A stretch of DNA of 64,000 nt, from positions 33,208 to 97,207 of the forward strand of contig CAZHDZ010000003.1 of assembly GCA_964531275.1 (NCBI GenBank), read 5' to 3'. The notes beneath the pieces were generated by a model, which had not been told where the DNA came from, ran no database searches, and was given only the letters and a program-made list of their open reading frames with translations. Made by a program: the position numbers and the translations under genes. Shown here one piece after another: positions 57,660 through 64,000 of this stretch (the stretch's first letter is position 1; each line of letters starts with the position of its first letter). The DNA comes from an uncultured Gammaproteobacteria bacterium. Its GTDB lineage: Bacteria > Patescibacteriota > Microgenomatia > Levybacterales > GWA1-39-11.

Positions 57660-59324
57660 GTGCCGCTCAAGAAATTAAATACTAAATACATTTTCGTGTC
57701 TGGAGGAGTAATCTCCGGAATCGGAAAAGGACTCACTGCCTCATCGATATCTTTTCTTCTCAAATCAGCAGGATACAAAGTAGCTCCAATTAAATTCGAG
57801 AATTATCTTAATCTTGATGCCGGAACAATAAATCCAATAGAGCATGGTGATCCATTTCTTTGCGAAGATGGAACCGAAGCGGATATGGATATAGGTTCTT
57901 ACGAAAAATTCCTCTCAGAGGATATGGGTAAAGAAAATTTCGTAACAATGGGTCGTATTTACCAAACAGTTATTGATCGAGAAAGAAGGTTTGAATATAA
58001 CGGGGAAGACGTAGAAGCAATCCCGCATATTACAGATGAAATCATATCTCGGATTAAGCATGTTGCTAAGGTTAAAGACGCAGATATCGTTGTTATAGAG
58101 CTTGGCGGAACTGCAGGAGAATATCAGAATCTCTTTTACTATGAAGCTTCACGCATCCTTACCTTAAAAAATCCTGGTGATGTTATTCATGTGCATGTGA
58201 GTTATGTACCAACACCCTCCCATCTTGGAGAGCCTAAGACGAAACCAACACAGCTTTCGGTAAGAACTCTCAATTCTATGGGAATTCAGCCAGACTTCAT
58301 AATTGCACGTTCTGCAAGATATTTAGATCAAAGAAGAAGAGATCGTTTTGCGCTTTTCTGCAACATGCATCCTGAGGATATTATTTCAAATCCAGATGTT
58401 GATAGTGTGTATGAAATTCCATTGGTTTTGACTAAGCAGGGTCTTGAAAAGCGTATCTTTATGAAGCTTGGACTTCCTCAGAAAACACCGGCTCTTGCTT
58501 CTTGGGAAAAGTTAGTTGAGAAAATAAAATCTAAGAAAAGCAAGACGGTTGAAATCGCTATTGTCGGCAAATATTTTGGCACTGGAGAATATCAGTTGAG
58601 GGATTCATACGCTGCATTGCTGGATGCTATAGAGCATGCTTCGTGGAGCGCTGATGTGGAGGTTGTTACTCGATGGGTTAATGCAGAAAAAGTTGAGAAA
58701 GAAGGAGCTGAGGCAGTTATCGGAAAGCCAGATGGGATCATTGTTCCAATTGGATGGGGCGAGCGCGGCTCAGAAGGGATGATAAAAGCAGTAGAGTATT
58801 CTCTTGATAAAAAAATACCTTATCTTGGACTTTGCTACGGTATGCAACTTGCTGTTGTTGGATTTGCTCGTCATGTTCTGGGATGGAGAGATGCCAATAC
58901 AACTGAGAATGACCAAAAAACAAAACACCCAGTTATTCATATGATAGAAAATCAAAAAGAGCTTATGGAACGAAGAGCCTACGGAGGAACGATGAGATTG
59001 GGAGCATGGGACGCTTTGGTAAAAGAAGGTACAAGAGCATATGATATTTACGGAAAAGCAGGCCAATTCATAAAAGGAAAGAAGGGTTTGACTTCCGAAA
59101 GACATAGGCATCGTTACGAATTCAATAATGCATTCGCTAAAGAAATCGAAGAAAAGGGCCTTATTATATCTGCAAGATCAGTTGTCGAGAATTTAGTTGA
59201 AATTATTGAGCTTCCTAAGAGTGACCATCCATTCTTCATGGGTACCCAGGGTCACCCAGAATATAAGAGTAGACCTCAGAGTCCACATCCGCTGTTTGTA
59301 GAGTTCCTCAAAGCAACTAAGTAA
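57660..59324 (+). CDS. pyrG: CTP synthase (GTG start)
   Basis: N-terminal KYIFVSGGVISGIGKG (synthetase P-loop-like) and a C-terminal GATase domain with GLCYGMQ (the catalytic Cys). 554 aa. Confidence 0.95.
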   Translation: MPLKKLNTKYIFVSGGVISGIGKGLTASSISFLLKSAGYKVAPIKFENYLNLDAGTINPIEHGDPFLCEDGTEADMDIGSYEKFLSEDMGKENFVTMGRIYQTVIDRERRFEYNGEDVEAIPHITDEIISRIKHVAKVKDADIVVIELGGTAGEYQNLFYYEASRILTLKNPGDVIHVHVSYVPTPSHLGEPKTKPTQLSVRTLNSMGIQPDFIIARSARYLDQRRRDRFALFCNMHPEDIISNPDVDSVYEIPLVLTKQGLEKRIFMKLGLPQKTPALASWEKLVEKIKSKKSKTVEIAIVGKYFGTGEYQLRDSYAALLDAIEHASWSADVEVVTRWVNAEKVEKEGAEAVIGKPDGIIVPIGWGERGSEGMIKAVEYSLDKKIPYLGLCYGMQLAVVGFARHVLGWRDANTTENDQKTKHPVIHMIENQKELMERRAYGGTMRLGAWDALVKEGTRAYDIYGKAGQFIKGKKGLTSERHRHRYEFNNAFAKEIEEKGLIISARSVVENLVEIIELPKSDHPFFMGTQGHPEYKSRPQSPHPLFVEFLKATK

Positions 59325-59342
59325 CTTTTTCGCACGAAAAAG
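59325..59342. terminator. Short AT-rich hairpin CTTTTTC-gcac-GAAAAAG between the convergent pyrG and rplS genes; weak bidirectional terminator candidate
   Basis: Read directly. The stem is entirely A-T and the flanking runs are A/T-rich rather than clean T-runs. Confidence 0.2.
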
Positions 59343-59408
59343 AATTATTAAATTAAATTCGGGAAATTAAAAAAATCGGGTTTTTAGTGTGAAAAAGCAG
59401 CAAGCTTG

Positions 59409-59750
59409 TTATTTACTTGCTTTTGCAGCCTTTGCTTTAAGAATCTTTTTTGACACTTTTACAGTCTTTTTAGTAGCTTTCTTTCTGGTCTTTTTCTTCT
59501 TAATCTCAATATTTTCAAGCTTTACAATCGAAGGAGAATTAACAGCAAAGAGTCTGTCGACGTCAACTCCATCAATAAATTGTCTTACGGTAACCATTTT
59601 ATTTTCTAGAGATCCTCTAGATTTCACGATTTTACCTTGGAAAGCTACAATTCTTTCTTTTTTTCCTTCAACAATTTTTTGAAATACTTTAACAGCATTT
59701 CCGGTTCGTAGATCTAGTTCTACTGGTGTTTGGTCGGCTTGCTTTTCCAT
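59409..59750 (-). CDS. rplS: Ribosomal protein bL19 with a Lys-rich C-terminal extension of about 30 aa
   Basis: GNAVKVFQKIVEGKKERIVAFQGKIVKSRGSLENKMVTVRQFIDGVDVDRLFAVNSPSI aligns with E. coli bL19 ([33 protein letters not shown]...). The tail is KKKKTRKKATKKTVKVSKKILKAKAAKASK. Confidence 0.75.
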   Translation of the reverse strand: MEKQADQTPVELDLRTGNAVKVFQKIVEGKKERIVAFQGKIVKSRGSLENKMVTVRQFIDGVDVDRLFAVNSPSIVKLENIEIKKKKTRKKATKKTVKVSKKILKAKAAKASK

Positions 59751-59814
59751 AGAGTCATATTATACAGCAATTGGTGTGCCTATTTCAACTCAAATACGCT
59801 CAACATTATTATTG

Positions 59815-61119
59815 CTATTCTTCGATGTCATCCTCAGGGTCGTATGGCTGATCATTCACAGGCTTTATGAGGAAATCTTTCATGTCACGGTGACCTACAA
59901 TGACGGGATATTTGAGGTTAGATCTGTCTACAATTGAAGCTACAGTATTGATTTTCTTGCCTCCAAGCACAAATGACGCCTTAACTGTTGGTCGAAAACT
60001 CTCACCGCTTGCTGATTTTACGAAAACCTTTTCCTCAAGAGATTTTAGTCCCAAAAGTTCGGCAAATTTTTTATCAACAGATGTTCTAAAGGCTCCTGTA
60101 TCAAGTTTTGCCTTAACGGTAATTGGCTCGCCATTTCTGTAAAATGTCACTTCTTGAATGATTGTTAATATTCTTGGAGTTATACTTACCTTTTCTGAGA
60201 ACGACTCAGTAAATAAGTTCTTTGCAATCTCAACACCTCTTTCAAATGTAGGTGTATTCATGTTTTCAACCCGCTCTAGTCTCGATCTGAGGGATGCTTT
60301 ATTGGCATTCTGAATAGAAAGGCCAGGACGCGCATTTACCTCAAGCACCATTGGTCCCTCATGACCATCAAAGACTACGTCAATTCCTGCGTATCCTAGT
60401 CCGGTAGTTTCTTGGGTTTTTGAGGACAGAAGTAGAACCTCATCCCAATGAGGAATCTTTATTCCACGTGTTTTTATCTTAGTATTTGGAATTACATTTA
60501 CCTCTTGGTCGTATAGGATGGCATGGGTTGTGATTCCTGTTCTGATATCAATGCCAAATCCAATAGCTCCCTGATGTAGGTTTGCTTTCCCGTGAGACTC
60601 TTGAGTTGACAGTCTCATCATCGCCATAACCGGGATACGATTAAAAACAATAACTCGAATGTCAGGAATACCATAGCCAGTCAATTTTTTAAAGAAAGGG
60701 TGGGGGTGAAGCCTTTCTTCTATGAAAGCGTTATCGGGAAGAAATTTTAATGAATACGCGCCTTCAAGAATATCGAGGATATGGGATTCCAGCTGTTTTA
60801 TGGTATACGTTTGACCATCGGCAGTTGTTGCAATATTATCTTCCCATTTTCTGATGGGAAGTATTCCAGATCCCGCATATCCGCGAGCGGGCTTTATGAC
60901 AAATCCCCGGGCAGGAAGATTTGACCAGTCATAGCTTGTGATGGAATCACGATCATAAAAGATATTGAACATGTTGGGGGATTTAATGCCATTTTGAATA
61001 AGGACACTTTTCATCAATAACTTATCATCCGCAATTTTTTTCGCCTCTGCGGAGTTATATTTACGGATATATAGGAAATTGCGGGCATTCATGCCCAAGA
61101 TGTCTCTACTTACTGGCAT
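59815..61119 (-). CDS. Fusion: RimK-related ATP-grasp (alpha-L-glutamate-ligase-like) N-terminal domain of about 320 aa plus a C-terminal retropepsin-like aspartic protease domain (DTGA motif)
   Basis: N-terminal GMNARNFLYIRKYN...DDKLLMKSVL resembles the rimK-related-ligase family N-region. ATP-grasp central motifs are present (GSGILPI; DIRVIVFN; EVNARPG). The C-terminal VKAKLDTGAFRTSVD carries the D-T-G-A aspartyl protease signature. Confidence 0.6.
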   Translation of the reverse strand: MPVSRDILGMNARNFLYIRKYNSAEAKKIADDKLLMKSVLIQNGIKSPNMFNIFYDRDSITSYDWSNLPARGFVIKPARGYAGSGILPIRKWEDNIATTADGQTYTIKQLESHILDILEGAYSLKFLPDNAFIEERLHPHPFFKKLTGYGIPDIRVIVFNRIPVMAMMRLSTQESHGKANLHQGAIGFGIDIRTGITTHAILYDQEVNVIPNTKIKTRGIKIPHWDEVLLLSSKTQETTGLGYAGIDVVFDGHEGPMVLEVNARPGLSIQNANKASLRSRLERVENMNTPTFERGVEIAKNLFTESFSEKVSITPRILTIIQEVTFYRNGEPITVKAKLDTGAFRTSVDKKFAELLGLKSLEEKVFVKSASGESFRPTVKASFVLGGKKINTVASIVDRSNLKYPVIVGHRDMKDFLIKPVNDQPYDPEDDIEE

Positions 61120-62023
61120 GGCGCATTATTGAGGAAAACCTAAAATATTCCATTAGTCTAAGTCCGAAATACCTACCAATGATTATATTAAGAGGGATTA
61201 ATAATAGAGTGAATTCCGGGTAGAGCAGGATTGTATTTCTTAAGTAGATTGATGACAAGAGAAGGAATCCAAGTATTCCGATAGCAAAGGTCACCATTGA
61301 AATAATTATCATTTCTTGGGCACTTCTTTCTTGCTGTACCGAAATAATTTGCTCAGACAAAAGGATGAGAAGAAGAACAGGAAAAATAGATAGCTGTTTT
61401 ACAACCAAAATTCCTCCCATAGCACTGACTGTTAGAACTAAGAAAAGGAAAAAAGACACGATGAACATTGAAAATGCCATCTTAGGAAGCTGCATGATAC
61501 GTAATTTTTTAAGTAATATTCTTGCGACTGTTGAGCCAAAAATGATTGTGGCAAGCAGAATTAGTCCTGCCGTAATACCGGTAGAAAGAAGAGTTATAGA
61601 AAGCGCAACAGGTACAAGCATTCCAATACTTGGAAGGCCAACTACATGTCTGATGAACGCTATTATCGTAGCGAGCATAGGGAGTAATAGAATAAGTATT
61701 ATTGTTCTTGAAGGGACACCTGATTTTACGGATGCCTGAACCAAGAAAGCCATTATGTTTGTGACTGATAGCTGATCTGCAGGACGTTGCTTAAATAGTA
61801 GGAGAGCCTGATCGTCCTCAGGTCCTTCAGGTCGCGTGACGTCTTCTTGCTTTATTTTGGCAATCGCCTCAGCTTCTCTAGCTGATTCGGATGCGGTGGC
61901 AGAGTCGGTTGCAACAGGCTCTAATGAGTCTGGAATCGTATTAAAAAAATCCTGAGCATGTGCTCTTGAAGGTATAGCAAAAAATGTGAAACAAAGAAGG
62001 AAGGCAAGGAGAAGGTGTTTCAT
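61106..62023 (-). CDS. Signal-peptide protein with a low-complexity ectodomain of about 75 aa plus seven TM helices (7TM_transglut-like partner of the ATP-grasp/protease module)
   Basis: An N-terminal signal peptide with AHA cleavage context. Seven hydrophobic segments counted by eye. It overlaps the downstream ATP-grasp gene by 14 nt, implying an operon. Confidence 0.5.
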   Translation of the reverse strand: MKHLLLAFLLCFTFFAIPSRAHAQDFFNTIPDSLEPVATDSATASESAREAEAIAKIKQEDVTRPEGPEDDQALLLFKQRPADQLSVTNIMAFLVQASVKSGVPSRTIILILLLPMLATIIAFIRHVVGLPSIGMLVPVALSITLLSTGITAGLILLATIIFGSTVARILLKKLRIMQLPKMAFSMFIVSFFLFLVLTVSAMGGILVVKQLSIFPVLLLILLSEQIISVQQERSAQEMIIISMVTFAIGILGFLLLSSIYLRNTILLYPEFTLLLIPLNIIIGRYFGLRLMEYFRFSSIMRHASK

Positions 62024-62059
62024 ATGTCTATGGTATCAAATTGACCTGATTGCTTCAAC

Positions 62060-63895
62060 TTAACCTTTTCGTGAGTTAATCTTTCTTTCAGTTGCAGATA
62101 GCCATTTCTTTCTCATGCGAATATTTTGAGGGGTAACCTCCAGCAATTCGTCGCTATTTATAAAATCCAAAGCCTGTTCTAGGCTCATTTCCGTAGGAGT
62201 ATCGATCTGAACAGACATATCAGACGTTGAAGATCTAATATTTGTCATTTTTTTGCCTTTTGTAACGTTGATTTCCATATCCTGTTCTCTCGTTGATATT
62301 CCAATAAGCATACCCTCATATACAGGAGTATTAGGTCTTATGAATAACGTTCCACGCTCTTGAGCATTTTCGAGCCCATATGAAAGAGCTGTTCCTGAAT
62401 CAAATGATATGAGTACTCCTGGACGAGCCTCTTCTATTGCTGATTCTTCTTTTGGAAAATATCCTAAAAAGAATGTATTGAGCTCTACAGTCCCACGAGT
62501 TTTTGTAAGCAGGATATTTCGTACACCAAGAAGGTTCTTGCTTGACACTTTGTAGACAAATCTTGTTATTTCTCCTGGTTCTTGCGTCATATTGATCATG
62601 TTTGCCTTTCTTTTTGCAAACTCTTCAGTGATTGCACCTATGTAGTCAGCTGCTACATCAATAGTCACTTCTTCAAAAGGCTCACATACCTTCCCATCAA
62701 TAGTTTTGTAAATAACTTGAGGTTTTGAAATTTCCATTTCAAATCCTTCGCGTCTCATGTTCTCAATAAGAACAGCTAAATGAAGTTCTCCACGACCTGA
62801 CACTGCAAAATTCGACGTAGCTTCGTCTGGTTCTATTTTCAGACCAAGATTTGTCTCCTTTTCCTTCATGAGCCTATCCTTGATCTGTGATGAGGAGAAT
62901 AATTTACCTTCTTTTCCAAGGAAAGGGCTAGTGTTTGGACCAATGGTAATTCTGATAGTTGGATCATCAACATGAATTTTAGGAAGACTCTTAGGAGAGG
63001 ACGGATCAGTAACAGTTTGGCCAATGGTTAGATTTGGAATTCCTGCTATAGCAACAATATCCCCGGCATAAACAGCCTCAACCTCAACTCTATCAAGTCC
63101 TATGCTTGTAAATAATTTCTGAACCCTGCTTGTCCCGATAACCTTATCTTCATCAACTAATGAGACCATATCTCCTTTTTTGAGTTGTCCCTTCGTTACC
63201 TTACCGATACAAATTTTCCCTACATGTGGATCTGAATCGAGAGTTGAGATAAGCATTTGAAATGGTTGATCTTCATTTTTGACGCTATTGGGAATTTCGC
63301 TTACGATTGCTTCAAAAAGAGGGGAAAGATCTCCGGGCATTTCACTCGTGTAGTTAGTGGGCAAAGTGTCAAAAGCTTTTCCGTCACGTCCTACTGCAAA
63401 AAGAGTTTTGAAGTTAAGATGGTCATCGTGAGTTGCAAGATCCAAGAAAAGTCCTTCAACTTCTTGAATAATCTCATTTGGTCGTGCATCTTTCTTGTCG
63501 ATCTTATTGATAAGAAGAATTATCTTAAGGTGTTGCTCGAGGGCTTTTTTAAGTACAAATTTTGTTTGAGGAAGTGGACCTTCAACAGCATCAACAAGAA
63601 GGATAGCACCATCCGCCATATTAAGGATGCGCTCAACTTCTCCTCCAAAGTCAGCATGGCCTGGTGTATCGATGATATTGATCTTTACATCTTTGTACTT
63701 AACTGAATTGTTCTTTGAAAGAATTGTAATACCCTTTTCTTTTTCTAGATCGTTAGAATCCATGATAAGGGTCTCAGTCATTTCCTTTTGGTTGTCTCGG
63801 AAAGTGTGAGTTTGCTTAAGCAAAGAGTCCACAAGAGTGGTCTTGCCGTGGTCAACGTGAGCGATTATTGCGATATTTCTAATTTGTTGGTCCAT
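62060..63895 (-). CDS. typA: Translational GTPase TypA/BipA
   Basis: IRNIAIIAHVDHGKTTLVDSLL (G1 motif), DTPGH and NKID G-motifs, EF-G-like domain II and the TypA-specific C-terminal domain. 611 aa. Confidence 0.95.
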   Translation of the reverse strand: MDQQIRNIAIIAHVDHGKTTLVDSLLKQTHTFRDNQKEMTETLIMDSNDLEKEKGITILSKNNSVKYKDVKINIIDTPGHADFGGEVERILNMADGAILLVDAVEGPLPQTKFVLKKALEQHLKIILLINKIDKKDARPNEIIQEVEGLFLDLATHDDHLNFKTLFAVGRDGKAFDTLPTNYTSEMPGDLSPLFEAIVSEIPNSVKNEDQPFQMLISTLDSDPHVGKICIGKVTKGQLKKGDMVSLVDEDKVIGTSRVQKLFTSIGLDRVEVEAVYAGDIVAIAGIPNLTIGQTVTDPSSPKSLPKIHVDDPTIRITIGPNTSPFLGKEGKLFSSSQIKDRLMKEKETNLGLKIEPDEATSNFAVSGRGELHLAVLIENMRREGFEMEISKPQVIYKTIDGKVCEPFEEVTIDVAADYIGAITEEFAKRKANMINMTQEPGEITRFVYKVSSKNLLGVRNILLTKTRGTVELNTFFLGYFPKEESAIEEARPGVLISFDSGTALSYGLENAQERGTLFIRPNTPVYEGMLIGISTREQDMEINVTKGKKMTNIRSSTSDMSVQIDTPTEMSLEQALDFINSDELLEVTPQNIRMRKKWLSATERKINSRKG

Positions 63896-63900
63896 TAATC

Positions 63901-63926
63901 AAAAAAAGACACGACCTTGCCGTGTC
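63901..63926 (-). terminator. Intrinsic-terminator-like element (hairpin GACACG-N7-CGTGTC followed by U7 on the minus strand) whose U-tract ends 6 nt before the typA start codon; candidate attenuator or 5'-leader structure
   Basis: Read directly. A TATAAT box lies about 7 nt upstream of the hairpin on the minus strand (plus-strand ATTATA at 63940-63945). Confidence 0.35.
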
Positions 63927-64000
63927 CTGTAGTTTGTATTATAGCAAAAAAAACGTATAATTTACAGCATGAAGACAATAAAGCGAATTCCTATAACAAA

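Noticed and set aside
63969-64000. Start of a plus-strand ORF (ATGAAGACAATAAAGCGAATTCC..., MKTIKRIPIT) at the window edge
   Set aside because: Only 10 codons are visible, which is too little to support a call. It is noted only as a possible divergent neighbour of typA.

Overview
AT-rich 64-kb chromosomal fragment from a small-genome bacterium. Its gene content suggests an uncultivated Patescibacteria/CPR-like lineage, but that is inference and could not be checked here. I see no transposase, integrase or CRISPR array. Layout: (a) 1-560 holds the 3' end of a ParB-like gene and a tandem repeat array. (b) About 1.3-33.5 kb is a dense surface-glycan island of glycosyltransferases (GT2/GtrB-like, GT1/GT4), six or more SDR epimerase/dehydratase/decarboxylase genes, a DegT-type aminotransferase, a standalone sugar N-formyltransferase, a nucleotide-sugar dehydrogenase, a C-methyltransferase, four SAM methyltransferases, a Wzx-like flippase, a Wzy/WaaL-like protein and eight or more large polytopic membrane proteins resembling GT-C enzymes (YfhO-like, ArnT/PMT-like). 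(c) 33.5-53.8 kb is a long minus-strand housekeeping block: F1Fo ATP synthase operon atpBEFHAGDC, dnaE, a GGDEF diguanylate cyclase, gatCAB, a YerC/TrpR-like regulator, murT-gatD, htpX, lemA and polX. (d) 54-64 kb holds tRNA-Asp(GTC), a LysM protein, a second repeat array, tRNA-Gly(CCC), two paralogous small membrane proteins, an ArnT-like GT-C protein, pyrG, rplS, a 7TM protein plus a RimK-like ATP-grasp::retropepsin-like protease fusion, and typA. The points most worth follow-up are an Arn-like (lipid-linked 4-formamido sugar) pathway embedded in the glycan island, the abundance of GT-C membrane transferases, a dispersed tandem-repeat family sharing the core TTAGCGCAGCCAA at three intergenic loci, the 7TM/ATP-grasp/aspartyl-protease module, a His-rich insertion in the ATP synthase a-subunit, and repeated promoter geometry implying leaderless mRNAs.
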